This document shows positions 32,181-43,398 of a stretch of 64,000 nucleotides of DNA, piece after piece (positions within the stretch are counted from its first letter, which is position 1; every line of letters begins with the position of its first letter). The DNA comes from Gammaproteobacteria bacterium (GTDB lineage: Bacteria; Pseudomonadota; Gammaproteobacteria; Eutrophobiales; Eutrophobiaceae): assembly GCA_965238225.1 (NCBI GenBank), contig OZ250183.1, forward strand, positions 736,001-800,000, in the 5' to 3' direction. The position numbers and the translations under genes were made by a program. Below the pieces are notes generated by a model, which saw nothing but the letters and a program-made list of their open reading frames with translations, was not told the origin of the DNA and did not search any database.

Positions 32181-32888
32181 TTAAAAATATTGGACTGATC
32201 CAGATACCGCCACCGTTATTTTGCTTTTACCTGCCTTAACGGAAGGCGCACTCATTTTATTCACTGCTGCCACTTGTGCGTGCATGGATGATGGACGATA
32301 CCCTTTTTTTGTATTGATATTAAGATTAATAATTCTATGATTTTTCTTTGGCATATTTTTCTTAACAATTTCAACACGAGCCATGAATGCTTGCATAGCT
32401 TCTTCGATCAATTCATTTTCAAATTTAACACGCGTCTTCGTGGTCGGGCTAAAAATCATTTGGTTAACTTGTAGCTTCTTCTGAAGTCTACCTACCAACT
32501 CTGTCAACGCAGAGATATCTTCGCTTTTAATCTCTACCTGCTGAGCTCCTCGCCAGCCAATGATATTTTTTCTTTTATGAAGGTCTTTATATATGGGATA
32601 AGTCTGATAATTTTTGGTATGACTCTCTACGGTTGAATAATTATTAATTACATCAAGCGCCCATTTCATATCTAAGTTTATCTTTTGAGCAAGGCCTGCC
32701 ACATTAGAATCTTCATGTTCGGTGGCAAGTAAAACATTCATTTGATCATTTGGAATTTCCTGTTCTGCCTGAGCTTTCAAGTTTACTCTGTTAAACAATG
32801 TTGTTTCGGCGGAAAATACAAGAGAAGTATGAGATGCCATCAGGACGGTCAATAATATAAAACCAAATCTTGTTTTTATTTGTATCAT
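32181..32888 (-). CDS. SIMPL (DUF541) domain periplasmic protein
   Basis: Signal peptide, AEQEIPND, YQTYP.Y, C-terminal GKSKITVAVSGSV. Confidence 0.8.
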   Translation of the reverse strand: MIQIKTRFGFILLTVLMASHTSLVFSAETTLFNRVNLKAQAEQEIPNDQMNVLLATEHEDSNVAGLAQKINLDMKWALDVINNYSTVESHTKNYQTYPIYKDLHKRKNIIGWRGAQQVEIKSEDISALTELVGRLQKKLQVNQMIFSPTTKTRVKFENELIEEAMQAFMARVEIVKKNMPKKNHRIINLNINTKKGYRPSSMHAQVAAVNKMSAPSVKAGKSKITVAVSGSVQYF

Positions 32889-32918
32889 ATCATTTCCTAC
32901 TTTTATCAGGTCAACATC

Positions 32919-33399
32919 TTATATTGTTAAATTTTCATTTGCAATCACAAAACCATCTTCATCGGCATAGATATAATCACCCAGACTAATGATGACATCA
33001 GAAAAACTAACAGTAATATCGCGCTCACCAATATTTTTTTAACGCTTTTACGAGGATTTTTATTCAAGGCTTTTATTCCTATGGAGATATTGGCGACAAC
33101 AGCAGAATCACGAATACAGCTATAGACAATAACTCCCGCCCAATCGTTATTTTCGCCAAGTTTTTCTAACATATTGCCCAGCAGGGCGCATTTTAATGTT
33201 GCTCCGCCATCGACAATCAATGCCTTGCCTTACTTGGCTCTTCAAGTGCAACCCTTATCAATGCGTTATCTTTAAATACTTCGACTGTTGATATTGACCC
33301 ACAAAATTTCAGATCACCGCCATAATCATTAAACGCCGGAGTTGCTACCCGTAGCTTGTCTTTATATTTATCGTAAAGATCAGCGGTTGTAAAATTTAT
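32919..33399 (-). pseudogene. rraA: RraA/HMG-aldolase family gene with lost start and two frameshifts
   Basis: ATA start then FTTADLYD..YGG..KFCG..KDNA; shift; IVDGG..CALLG..WAGVIV..IRD; shift; GERDI..GDYIYADEDG. Confidence 0.9.
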
Positions 33400-33461
33400 T
33401 CTAAGATCACCGGGAACGAAAGGGTTTAGATGAAGTCTGTTATGGTTCTGTAGAAGTGGCT

Positions 33462-33812
33462 CTATCCAAAGACAGCTTTTATGTCCTCAAATTTTTCAGT
33501 GATGGCATGGACGTTGGTATAGCCCATTTCTTGTAGCCTTGCTGCAACGAGAGATGCGCGACCACCGCCTGCACAGTGAGTCAGGATTAAGGTATCCGGT
33601 TCGGGACAAAGATTTGGAACTTTCATTTCAATTAAACCGCGGGATATATTGACTGATGCTAAGAGCTGGGACGCCTCGGTATCAGCTGATTCACGGACAT
33701 CAATTATAAAAGCACCCTCAGATTCATCATACAAAGCTTTGGCGGTTGCCACATCGACACAGTTGATAAGCGCTTGTGCTTCTGCAATAAATTCACTCGC
33801 GGGTTTTATCAT
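33462..33812 (-). CDS. Single-domain rhodanese-like protein
   Basis: IIDVRE, ISRGLIE, active loop HCAGGGRA, MGYTNV. Confidence 0.88.
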   Translation of the reverse strand: MIKPASEFIAEAQALINCVDVATAKALYDESEGAFIIDVRESADTEASQLLASVNISRGLIEMKVPNLCPEPDTLILTHCAGGGRASLVAARLQEMGYTNVHAITEKFEDIKAVFG

Positions 33813-34082
33813 TTCCTTCCTCCTTTAATTTTTAATGATATCAAGTATATACCTCAGTCAAGTTCAACGGAAGTCCCTTCAGTTTATCCGTATGCGAAGA
33901 ACTAAAGTTTCACAGTTTATTGTTTGGTATTCCAATCTTTTTTCAATATCTGTGATTTAGATGAACGTGTGTATTTTGGTTCGTAGATATGTCTTGACTT
34001 ACGACCATGGTTATTTTTTGATGATGAATCATGATCATATTTAATATATAATTTCTTTAATTAAATCAAACTCTTATATATT

Positions 34083-35150
34083 ATGACTTGTGAATTAAAA
34101 AATGATCGGTTTGTGCGCGCATTGTTACGGCAATCTGTCGATATCACACCTGTGTGGATGATGCGGCAAGCTGGTCGTTATCTTCCTGAGTACAGAGAAA
34201 CTCGCAAACGTGCTGGTAATTTCTTAAATTTATGTAAAACACCTGAACTTGCCTGCGAAGTTACATTGCAACCGCTTGAACGTTATCCATTAGATGCAGC
34301 AATCTTATTTTCAGATATTTTAACCATTCCAGATGCCATGGGACTTGGCTTGAACTTGGTAGAAAAGGCTGGACCACAGTTTGATAAACCAGTGAGGACG
34401 GCAAGCGAAATCAAGTCACTCTCAGTTCCTGATCCTGAATCTGATTTAGCTTATGTGATGAATGCCGTCAGGCTTATCCGTCAAGAGCTTGGGGGCAGCG
34501 TGCCGTTGATTGGCTTTTCTGGCAGCCCTTGGACACTGGCAGTTTATATGGTTGAGGGCAAACCAAGCAAAGAATTTGGTTTAGTGAAGGGTTTAATGTA
34601 TGACGATCCTGCATCTATGCATCACTTATTAAATATTCTTGCAGATTCCGTCATCTTATATCTGAATGCGCAAATCGCAGCAGGTGCTCAGACTGTAATG
34701 ATTTTTGATACTTGGGGTGGAATTCTAACACCATCAAGTTATCAACAATTTTCCTTGTATTATATGCAGAAAATTTTGAGCCAACTTGACCGTCAGTATG
34801 AGGGACAAACTATTCCTGTCATATTATTTACTAAAGGCGGTGGTGATTGGATTAGAGATATTGCAGCAACAGGGTGTGATGCTATTGGTATAGATTGGAC
34901 TAAAAATATAGGTGACATTCGTGCTGAGGTGGGCAGTCAAGTTGCATTACAAGGAAATCTTGATCCTTGTGTTTTGTACGCATCTTCTGAGGTGATTAGA
35001 AAAGAAGTTGCTTGTGTGCTTGAAAGTTATGGTTACGGAAATGGTCATGTATTTAATCTAGGACACGGGGTACATCAATATGTTAATCCTGAGAATATTA
35101 CTATTTTTATTGACGCGGTGCACGATTTGAGTGCTCAATATCACAACTAG
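34083..35150 (+). CDS. hemE: Uroporphyrinogen decarboxylase
   Basis: [31 protein letters not shown]. Confidence 0.98.
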   Translation: MTCELKNDRFVRALLRQSVDITPVWMMRQAGRYLPEYRETRKRAGNFLNLCKTPELACEVTLQPLERYPLDAAILFSDILTIPDAMGLGLNLVEKAGPQFDKPVRTASEIKSLSVPDPESDLAYVMNAVRLIRQELGGSVPLIGFSGSPWTLAVYMVEGKPSKEFGLVKGLMYDDPASMHHLLNILADSVILYLNAQIAAGAQTVMIFDTWGGILTPSSYQQFSLYYMQKILSQLDRQYEGQTIPVILFTKGGGDWIRDIAATGCDAIGIDWTKNIGDIRAEVGSQVALQGNLDPCVLYASSEVIRKEVACVLESYGYGNGHVFNLGHGVHQYVNPENITIFIDAVHDLSAQYHN

Positions 35151-35167
35151 AGTTACGGTAACAGCCA

Positions 35168-36094
35168 TTGAAAGAATATCTTAAGATAATTTCCAAAGGT
35201 TTTGGTATGGGCGCTGCCGATGTTGTACCCGGCGTGAGCGGCGGTACCGTGGCATTAATATTCGGGATATATATTCGCCTGATTGATGCCATTAAGTCTT
35301 TTGATTTAGTCTGGATCAAAGGCCTCGTTAAATTTAATTTTAAAGTCATATTACATCGACCACACTTTACGTTTTTAATCCCTTTGTTTTTAGGTATTGT
35401 CACCGCGATTTTATTTTTCACGCGTATTGTTTCGTTGCCTGTTTTGATTCGTACACACCCAGAGATAATCTATGCTTTATTTTTTGGGTTAATTTTAGGA
35501 TCAGCTATAGTGCTAATGAAAAAAATAGGAAGTTTGAAATTAAAAATATTTCGATTCGTTATTTTAGGCATCGCCTGCGGCCATCTAATTTTTAATATAG
35601 TGCCTATGGAGACACCGAATTCCAGTTGGTTTATATTTTTAAGTGGTGTTATAGCAATTAGCGCCATGATTTTACCGGGTATTTCTGGTTCTTTTATTTT
35701 GTTAATTTTGAAAAAATATGCCTATATCTTCAATGCGATTGGGCATTTTAATTTTTCTGTCATTATTCCTTTTGTTATGGGAATGGTTGCGGGTCTTGTC
35801 TTATTTAGCCGCGTTTTATCTTGGTTATTAAAAACTTGGTATCAAGAAACACTATCAACGATCATAGGATTACTTGTTGCATCCTTGTGGGTGATATGGC
35901 CATTTCAAGAACGGGCTTACACTCTCATTAGAGGTGAAGAGCAATTATTTGAGTCGAACCCTTATCTACCTCAGCAGATTAATGAAGATGTGACGATAGC
36001 CATCGCAATGATGATCTTTGGATTGCTATTAGTATTAATTTTGAATCATTATTCATCGGATAAATCATTGCCAAAAATAAGGATTAAATACTGA
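35168..36094 (+). CDS. DUF368 membrane protein (putative undecaprenyl-phosphate translocase family)
   Basis: GMGAADVVPGVSGGTVA and AMILPGISGS repeats, multiple TM segments. Confidence 0.88.
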   Translation: MKEYLKIISKGFGMGAADVVPGVSGGTVALIFGIYIRLIDAIKSFDLVWIKGLVKFNFKVILHRPHFTFLIPLFLGIVTAILFFTRIVSLPVLIRTHPEIIYALFFGLILGSAIVLMKKIGSLKLKIFRFVILGIACGHLIFNIVPMETPNSSWFIFLSGVIAISAMILPGISGSFILLILKKYAYIFNAIGHFNFSVIIPFVMGMVAGLVLFSRVLSWLLKTWYQETLSTIIGLLVASLWVIWPFQERAYTLIRGEEQLFESNPYLPQQINEDVTIAIAMMIFGLLLVLILNHYSSDKSLPKIRIKY

Positions 36095-36163
36095 TGCAAA
36101 TTCAGCATGATCTTTAAAGATTTTTAGGCAGAATATTTATCATACCTTATAATGGGAATGATG

Positions 36164-37678
36164 CTATATGTTAGGTTCGGATAATTTCCTATCTCTAAAA
36201 AAAGAAATCAACAATATCATAAATGCAGCAACAATTATTGGACAATTTCCAAACCTTGCATAAGGTGTCAAACCTTCAAAAGTTTTTACTTTACTGCTCG
36301 TTACATGAGGGATGAATTGTGGTGAACTTGCAATGATTGTCCCTTTTTCATCTATAATGGCGCTGATACCAGTATTAGTTGCACGCAGTATATAGCGACC
36401 TGTTTCTAGCGCTCGCATTCTTGACATTTGTAGATGTTGGTGTGGGGCAATGGAGTCACCGAACCAAGCATCATTGCTAATATTCACTAAAATTGTTGCC
36501 TCAGGCAATGCCAAAATAAGATCTTCGCCAAATATATCTTCATAACAAATTGATACGCCAATGATTTCATTGGCAGCATGAATCACAGGTTTTTTACTGG
36601 TTCCCGGACTAAAATCAGACATCGGAATCTTCATCAGTAGTTCAAAAATAGGTCGCAACCATTCATCAAAAGGCAAATATTCTCCGAATGGCACTAAATG
36701 TTTTTTGTAGTAGATATCATTGCTGCTGCCAATCACTGCAATACCGTTATAAAATTTATTTGAATCAATATCTTTGAAAGGGATACCAACAAGATAATCA
36801 CTATTTTTATTTTTTTCTGATCTTTTTATTTTTTGAAGAAATTCTTGTGCTTGATGATATAAAATGGGGATGGCTGTTTCAGGCCAAATGATTAGTTGGC
36901 TATCATGATATTTTTCTGATAGCGACAGATAGGTATTAAGCGTCTTCTGTCTTTGCCTCGGATTCCATTTTATCTCTTGTGGAATAGCACCTTGAACCAG
37001 CGCTACTGAAAGATCAGCGTTTCTATCTGTTGTCCAGTTAATGCCGCTTAGAACATTTAAACCAAGCCATGCGATGAATAAGATGCTGGCAGCAATTATC
37101 TTTTCCTGCTTAGGAGCCAGACATAGTGCAACGAGTAAAACTGAGATGAATGCTGTAAACCAACTGACGCCATATTGTCCAAACAAAGGAGCAAGGGAGG
37201 CTATAGGGGTATCTATTTGACTGTAACCAATATTAAGCCAAGGGAAGCCAGTAAAAATCCATGAGCGAAACCATTCAGACAAAACCCATAACGTAGGCAT
37301 AATAATGGAAAAGCAATAAATATTTTTATTGGAAAATAAACGTTGATATAAGAAAGCAAACAAAGCAGGGTATAGGGAAAGTAATGCAACCAATGTGAAT
37401 GTAATTATCAACGCACCTGCAAGATTAACCCCGCCGAATACATTTATACTTATGTGTACCCAGTAAATACCAGCGCCAAACATACCAATACCAAAGGCAT
37501 ATCCGAGATATCCTGCATATTTTTCTGTGCTATTGAATACTGTATAAAATAACCATGCCAATGTAATGATAGCGATGACAGGATAGTCATAAGGAGAAAA
37601 AGCTAGAGATAAAAGCGCACCCGCCAAAAGGCAACTGCTAAGCTTCAGTAAATAATTTTTATGTGGCTTAATTTGCAA
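36164..37678 (-). CDS. lnt: Apolipoprotein N-acyltransferase
   Basis: TGFPW, WPETA, YKKHLVPFGE, ICYE, NDAWF, RATNTG. Confidence 0.97.
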   Translation of the reverse strand: MQIKPHKNYLLKLSSCLLAGALLSLAFSPYDYPVIAIITLAWLFYTVFNSTEKYAGYLGYAFGIGMFGAGIYWVHISINVFGGVNLAGALIITFTLVALLSLYPALFAFLYQRLFSNKNIYCFSIIMPTLWVLSEWFRSWIFTGFPWLNIGYSQIDTPIASLAPLFGQYGVSWFTAFISVLLVALCLAPKQEKIIAASILFIAWLGLNVLSGINWTTDRNADLSVALVQGAIPQEIKWNPRQRQKTLNTYLSLSEKYHDSQLIIWPETAIPILYHQAQEFLQKIKRSEKNKNSDYLVGIPFKDIDSNKFYNGIAVIGSSNDIYYKKHLVPFGEYLPFDEWLRPIFELLMKIPMSDFSPGTSKKPVIHAANEIIGVSICYEDIFGEDLILALPEATILVNISNDAWFGDSIAPHQHLQMSRMRALETGRYILRATNTGISAIIDEKGTIIASSPQFIPHVTSSKVKTFEGLTPYARFGNCPIIVAAFMILLISFFRDRKLSEPNI

Positions 37679-37736
37679 ATGTTTGCAACGTTGCTTAATG
37701 TTAAAAAATAATTTATTAGTTTGCTCTCTAGATTAT

Positions 37737-38597
37737 TTATAAGTCTGTTTCTGATACAGATTTTTTAATCTGGCTCATACGCATTAAGTTTATTTTTCTG
37801 TCATCTGCACGTAACACTTTAACATTAAAGCCTGCAAGTTCTATGATCTCTCCGCGTTTTGGCACATGACCAAATGCTTTAAGTACAAGACCGCCAATCG
37901 TATCGTATTCATTGTCACTGAGTTCTGTGTTAAAAAATTTATTGAATTCATTGATCGGTGTTAATGCTTGAATGGTGTAGCGATTACGTCCATGTGGTTT
38001 TATTTGATCTTTATGATCGATATCATGTTCATCTTCAATTTCTCCAATGATTTCTTCAATGATATCTTCCATGGTGACAAGCCCAGCAACACCTGAATAT
38101 TCATCTACAACAATGGCCATGTGGTGTTTGTTTGAGCGAAATTCTCTTAATAGAATATTAAGACGTTTGCTTTCTGGGACATATGATGCTCTACGCATCA
38201 TATCTTCAATATTAAATTCATTGTTTTCTTTATCAGAAAAATGACTTAATAAATCCTTAGCCATAAGGATACCTGTTATCTCGTCGGTATCATCACCTAC
38301 CACAGGAAATCGTGAATGACCTGATTCAACAACAGTCGCAAGGATATCTTCAGTATCTGCATTATTTTTTATTACAATCATATGTACGCGTGGAATCATA
38401 ATATCTCGCACTTGCATTTCGGAGACCTGTAAAGCCCCTTCAATCATTGTTAGTGTGTCACGATCCAGAAGATTTTTAGTTTCTGATTTTCGCAGAACCT
38501 CAATTAGGTCGTTTCTATTTTCAGGATCACGTGAACATAAATAAATAATTTTTTGCAATATGTTTAACTGACGTTTGTCTGATGTGTTGTTGTCCAT
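37737..38597 (-). CDS. corC: CBS/CorC domain protein YbeX
   Basis: VRDIMIPR, SGHSRFPV, VDEY.G..GLVT.EDI.EEI.GEIEDE. Confidence 0.93.
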   Translation of the reverse strand: MDNNTSDKRQLNILQKIIYLCSRDPENRNDLIEVLRKSETKNLLDRDTLTMIEGALQVSEMQVRDIMIPRVHMIVIKNNADTEDILATVVESGHSRFPVVGDDTDEITGILMAKDLLSHFSDKENNEFNIEDMMRRASYVPESKRLNILLREFRSNKHHMAIVVDEYSGVAGLVTMEDIIEEIIGEIEDEHDIDHKDQIKPHGRNRYTIQALTPINEFNKFFNTELSDNEYDTIGGLVLKAFGHVPKRGEIIELAGFNVKVLRADDRKINLMRMSQIKKSVSETDL

Positions 38598-38633
38598 ATG
38601 TGTATCTATATTTTAATATTTATGTTTAAATTT

Positions 38634-39095
38634 TCAGGATGAAGTTATGAGATAAGGGTTATTATAATTTAATTCTTTCAGAATTTTAATTTCAAGATTC
38701 TCCATGTAATCAGCGTCTTTTGGATTGAGGTGATCAAAACCATTTAGATGTAAAACACCATGAACTATCATATGTGCCCAATGCGCATCAATACTCTTAT
38801 ATTGCTCTTTCGCCTCTTTAGTGATTACTGGTGCACAAACAACAATATCACCAAGTAAATTTGGCATGATTTCTGGTTTCTCTTCATAAGTGAAAGATAA
38901 CACATTTGTTGAACCTTTTGATTTTCGCCATTGTTCATTGAGTTGTGTTCCTTCATCCTCGCCAACGATGCGAATGGTTAATTTAGCATTTTCCTTTAAA
39001 CCTCGTAATGCCGTCTTCACCCAAAGTCTTAGTTGGCTTTCATTAGGTAAATTCGGCCAATCTATCGCGTATTGCACGGCTACTTCAATAGACAT
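38634..39095 (-). CDS. ybeY: rRNA maturation endoribonuclease YbeY
   Basis: TNVLSF, LGDIV, HGVLHLNGFDH. Confidence 0.96.
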   Translation of the reverse strand: MSIEVAVQYAIDWPNLPNESQLRLWVKTALRGLKENAKLTIRIVGEDEGTQLNEQWRKSKGSTNVLSFTYEEKPEIMPNLLGDIVVCAPVITKEAKEQYKSIDAHWAHMIVHGVLHLNGFDHLNPKDADYMENLEIKILKELNYNNPYLITSS

Positions 39096-39102
39096 CTGGC
39101 TT

Positions 39103-40080
39103 TTATTTCCTCAGAGCATGCTTTTCATATGCATTTAATATCTTTGCAATCAAAGGATGCCTTACGATATCTTTTGAAGTAAAAAAGGTAAAGCTTATTT
39201 CTTCCTCTTTCAGGACATCAATTGCCTGACGTAGACCTGACTCCTTGCCTTTGGGTAAATCTGTCTGGGTGATATCGCCAGTAATAACTGCCGTTGACGA
39301 AAAACCTATACGGGTAAGAAACATTTTCATCTGTTCAGCAGTCGTATTCTGAGCCTCATCCAGAATCACAAAAGATTCATTAAGCGTACGTCCGCGCATG
39401 AAGGCCAGCGGCGCAACCTCAATTACATTGCGTTCAATATATTGTTCAACTTGTTTGAAGCCAAACATTTCGTACAAGGCATCATAGAGCGGTTGCAGGT
39501 ATGGATCGACCTTTTGAGTAATATCACCAGGAAGAAAACCAAGATTTTCTCCAGCTTCAATTGCAGGACGTACTAACACAATACGGCGCACGCGATCCTG
39601 TTCCAGTGCAGCTACGGCACAGGCAACAGCGAGATAAGTTTTGCCAGTACCCGCAGAACCAATGCCAAAACTAATATCGTGACTAAAAATATTTTTTAAG
39701 TAACGTCTCTGGTTTGGGCTTCTGCCTCTGATGATTCCACGTTTTGTTTTGATATTTGTATCAGTGTTTATATCATCCTCGACTTCCCGACTAATACCCA
39801 TATCTTGAATATACAAGTGTATTTTTTCAGCGGATAATAATTCTGTTGCTGTTATTTCATAAAGTGATTGCAGAAGTTGTTTTGTGAGATCAACAGATTC
39901 ACTTATACCAATAATGTTAAAAATATTTCCACGATTATTAATCTCAACACCCAGTCTATTTTCAATATGCCGAAGATTTTTATCCAGCGGTCCACATAAG
40001 TTCGCCAGCCTGGGATTATTTGTTGGCTCCAGATGTAAATCTGTTGATTTAGGACGTAAGTTATCGGGCGAGGCGTTCAA
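39103..40080 (-). CDS. ybeZ: PhoH-family ATPase
   Basis: AGTGKTYLA, LGFLPGD, PLAFMRGRTL, DEAQN, VRHPL. Confidence 0.95.
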   Translation of the reverse strand: MNASPDNLRPKSTDLHLEPTNNPRLANLCGPLDKNLRHIENRLGVEINNRGNIFNIIGISESVDLTKQLLQSLYEITATELLSAEKIHLYIQDMGISREVEDDINTDTNIKTKRGIIRGRSPNQRRYLKNIFSHDISFGIGSAGTGKTYLAVACAVAALEQDRVRRIVLVRPAIEAGENLGFLPGDITQKVDPYLQPLYDALYEMFGFKQVEQYIERNVIEVAPLAFMRGRTLNESFVILDEAQNTTAEQMKMFLTRIGFSSTAVITGDITQTDLPKGKESGLRQAIDVLKEEEISFTFFTSKDIVRHPLIAKILNAYEKHALRK

Positions 40081-40099
40081 GTATATTTTATAGTGTTGA

Positions 40100-41458
40100 T
40101 CATTGAAGTACTGTTTCTGGTTTTATAACAGGTGCTTGTTGTAATTCGGCGCGTAACGAATTTGGCAATGCTTTGGTAATCAGTACGTTAGCAAATTCCC
40201 CAATGAGTGATGCCGAACCAGTAAAATTCACAGTACGATTATTTTCTGTTTTGCCGCGCAATTTCCCGGCATCTTTTTTGGAAAACCCTTCAACCAGAAC
40301 CTGCATTATTTCTCCGACCATGCTACGGCTAATTTCCATTGATCTGGAATTAATCCTAGTTTGTAAAATATTCAGACGTCCTTTTTTTGTTTCTAACGGC
40401 ACGTCATCATTAAAGGATGATGCAGGGGTTCCGGGTCGCTTGCTGTATATGAAGCTGAATGAATGATCAAAGCCAATTTCATTGATTAAATTCATGGTTT
40501 TCTCAAAATCATCATCAGTTTCGCCAGGGAAGCCGATAATAAAATCTGAAGATAAGCTGATATCAGGTCTGATTTTGCGCAATTTTCGTATTTTTGATTT
40601 GTATTCCAGTATTGTATGTCCTCTTTTCATCAAAGCAAGCACGCGGTCAGAGCCACTTTGAACAGGAAGATGAAGATGGTTTACGAGTTCAGGTACTTTT
40701 GCATAAGTCTCAATCAGTCTATCTGAAAACTCAACAGGATGAGAGGTTGTGTAGCGAATACGCTCTATGCCTTCAACTGCTGCAACATATTCGATGAGAA
40801 ATGCAAGGTCTGCGATTTTGCCATCATACATTTTGCCTCGATAAGCATTAACATTTTGGCCGAGTAAATTAATTTCTTTGACACCTTGCTGAGCGAGTTT
40901 GGCAACTTCATCAATCACATCATCAAAAGTTCGACTAACTTCCTCACCGCGAGTGTAGGGTACAACACAAAAGGTACAGTATTTACTGCATCCTTCCATA
41001 ATGGAAACAAAAGCAGTTGGGCCTTCTGCACGAGCTTCTGGTAAATGATCAAATTTTTCAATTTCAGGAAAAGATATATCAATCACAGATTCTTTTGTTT
41101 TTATGGCGTTCGTTACCATTTCCGGCAGGCGGTGCAAGGTTTGCGGCCCAAAAACTATATCGACATAAGGTGCACGTTCAAAAATATTCATACCTTCCTG
41201 ACTTGCTACACAGCCACCAACACCTATGAGTAGATCGGGTTTGTTATCTTTATAGGATCGCCAGCGACCCAGTTGGGAAAATACTTTTTCTTGAGCCTTT
41301 TCGCGAATTGAGCAGGTATTGAGCAGAATAATATCTGCTTCTTCGGGTTTGTCTGTCTTGGTGGTGCCATGAGATGCAGCGAGGACATCGAGCATTTTGG
41401 CTGAATCATATTCATTCATCTGACAGCCCATGGTCTGGATATATAATTTACGGCTCAT
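40100..41458 (-). CDS. miaB: tRNA methylthiotransferase MiaB
   Basis: [26 protein letters not shown] radical-SAM motif, TRAM domain. Confidence 0.98.
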   Translation of the reverse strand: MSRKLYIQTMGCQMNEYDSAKMLDVLAASHGTTKTDKPEEADIILLNTCSIREKAQEKVFSQLGRWRSYKDNKPDLLIGVGGCVASQEGMNIFERAPYVDIVFGPQTLHRLPEMVTNAIKTKESVIDISFPEIEKFDHLPEARAEGPTAFVSIMEGCSKYCTFCVVPYTRGEEVSRTFDDVIDEVAKLAQQGVKEINLLGQNVNAYRGKMYDGKIADLAFLIEYVAAVEGIERIRYTTSHPVEFSDRLIETYAKVPELVNHLHLPVQSGSDRVLALMKRGHTILEYKSKIRKLRKIRPDISLSSDFIIGFPGETDDDFEKTMNLINEIGFDHSFSFIYSKRPGTPASSFNDDVPLETKKGRLNILQTRINSRSMEISRSMVGEIMQVLVEGFSKKDAGKLRGKTENNRTVNFTGSASLIGEFANVLITKALPNSLRAELQQAPVIKPETVLQ

Positions 41459-41780
41459 ATACTAAATTTTTGATTGTTCGCAAATGATCTTTAATAAGAA
41501 TTAAGAAGGGAGTGAAGCTACACTGTCTCGGACTGCATTTCCAGTATAATTATTATTGTATTTTACAATGACTTGGGAGGATTCTGAGCAGTTTTGAACC
41601 TATTGTGCACTGTATTTGTGGTATAAATCAGGATTCACTAAACATTTTTGACCGTATCTCGTTAGAATCTATGAGCAAATATTCCAGAGCTTTGGTGTAA
41701 AGTACGGACTAAAAAGTGAAATTTTAAAGCTGTGGAGTAATCTTAAAAGTATGACAGTGGTATGATTACACTTAATTTAA

Positions 41781-41857
41781 GCGCCCGTAGTTCAGCTGGA
41801 TAGAACGTCGGATTCCGATTCCGGAGGTCGCAGGTTCGACTCCTGCCGGGCGTGCCA
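41781..41857 (+). tRNA. tRNA-Arg (CCG)
   Basis: Cloverleaf GCGCCCG/CGGGCGT, anticodon loop TT-CCG-AT, TTCGA T-loop, encoded CCA. Confidence 0.95.
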
Positions 41858-42080
41858 TTGTGCTTAATCATTATCTTAAATCATTGGCTTTTAAGTTAAG
41901 AAGACACAACAAAGAACACAAGTAAGTGAAAAAATTTATCTGCATCATTAAAATATGAATGAAAGGAAAAAGCAGAACAAGGAGATGCTGGTACATATAT
42001 CTAATTCAAGAGATGTATGAATATGGACAAAGCACTCCTCTATGTATGTCTATCTACATTGGATAAGTATTTATAATTAT

Positions 42081-42157
<77 letters not shown>

Positions 42158-42476
42158 ATTTGTGATTCTGCATTAACAAACTCATAGTGAATAAGCTTAA
42201 AGCAAGCGGGATTTTGCTGTGAGCATAGGGCTTTGTCAAGAGATATTGTTCATCATATATCAAATACGATAATGGTTTTGTCTGTGACTGTAGGTAGATA
42301 ATTTTTCTTTTATATTTAAGTATGTTTTACGTCCTTTTTTCGGAAAGTCTTTCTGCTGAACAACGCGCCATGTTATTCTGTTTTTCAGTATAATCAATTA
42401 GCCAATAATCAATTGGACAGTACTTAATCAGTCAGTGAGTTAATTGGCAAGCAAGTTAATCTAGGCGGAGAAGTAA

Positions 42477-42896
42477 ATGGAAACACAGCTAAAATGGGCG
42501 GGTGATGCGGTCTTTATCGGAAAAGCATCAAGTGGGCATACTGTAGTTATGGATGGTCCGGCAGAAGGCGGTGGCAAAAATCTTGGTCCAAGACCAATGG
42601 AAATGCTCATTCTCGGCATGGGGGCGTGCAGTGCCTATGATGTTGTTTCGATTCTAAAAAAATCACGTCAGGAAATTACTGATTGTGAGATAAAAATCAC
42701 ATCACAACGTGCGGATAGTGAACCTAAGGTATTTACAGATATTCAACTTCATTTTATTGTTAGTGGTAAAGATATTAAAGAGAAGCAGGTTGAACGATCT
42801 ATAAAACTTTCAGCAGAAAAATATTGTTCTGCTTCAATCATGCTGGGCATGACCGCAAATATCACGCATGATTTTGAGATTATCAATATAGATTGA
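42477..42896 (+). CDS. OsmC/YhfA family protein
   Basis: GPRPMEMLILGMGAC, SAEKYCSAS. Confidence 0.9.
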   Translation: METQLKWAGDAVFIGKASSGHTVVMDGPAEGGGKNLGPRPMEMLILGMGACSAYDVVSILKKSRQEITDCEIKITSQRADSEPKVFTDIQLHFIVSGKDIKEKQVERSIKLSAEKYCSASIMLGMTANITHDFEIINID

Positions 42897-43007
42897 TTAT
42901 TTTTTAATTATTCTTATGGTCAAGTATCCTAGCTTCGACAACATCCCGATATTTCTGATACTTTTGTTGCTGATGCATATAAAAGGTTTGCATGACAGAA
43001 AAATTAG

Positions 43008-43280
43008 TTAAATTTTATTTATGTTTTCTGCACGTTGTATATAAAATTTAAAAAGACTTGTTCCTTTTTCTACGCTCAATAGTTTATGGTTTGTCTTGGC
43101 GCAGTATACCTCAAAATCAATTACTGAATGCGGGTCAGTGGCCTCGACATAAAGCACCTCACCTGCTTGCATTCGGTTCAGTAATACTTTGGTCTTCAGT
43201 ATCGGTAAAGGGCAGTTCAAACCTTTTGCATCCAACACTTGATTCTCTTTTATGGTCGTTATTGAATTTTCTTTATCCAT
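43008..43280 (-). CDS. tusA: TusA/SirA family sulfur carrier
   Basis: LDAKGLNCPLP, ATDP. Confidence 0.88.
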   Translation of the reverse strand: MDKENSITTIKENQVLDAKGLNCPLPILKTKVLLNRMQAGEVLYVEATDPHSVIDFEVYCAKTNHKLLSVEKGTSLFKFYIQRAENINKI

Positions 43281-43352
43281 AATTATTTGTAATTTTTTTA
43301 AGACGGTGCTTATTTTACTGTGTACCCGTAAAAATTACCGCTTCTACAATAG

Positions 43353-43375
43353 ATTATGTTATATTATAACATAAT
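43353..43375. promoter_or_regulatory. Zur box
   Basis: Perfect 11-1-11 palindrome ATTATGTTATA-T-TATAACATAAT with the ATGTTATA-N-TATAACAT core, directly before zur-znu. Confidence 0.9.
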
Positions 43376-43398
43376 TAATAATCTTAAAGATATAAATT

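Noticed and set aside
33813-34082. Short minus-strand reading frames upstream of the rhodanese gene
   Set aside because: Under 50 codons, no recognisable motif or clear start signal
41858-42080. Possible integrated element between the convergent tRNA-Arg and tRNA-Met
   Set aside because: Only about 220 bp of AT-rich sequence; no integrase, att duplication or credible ORF
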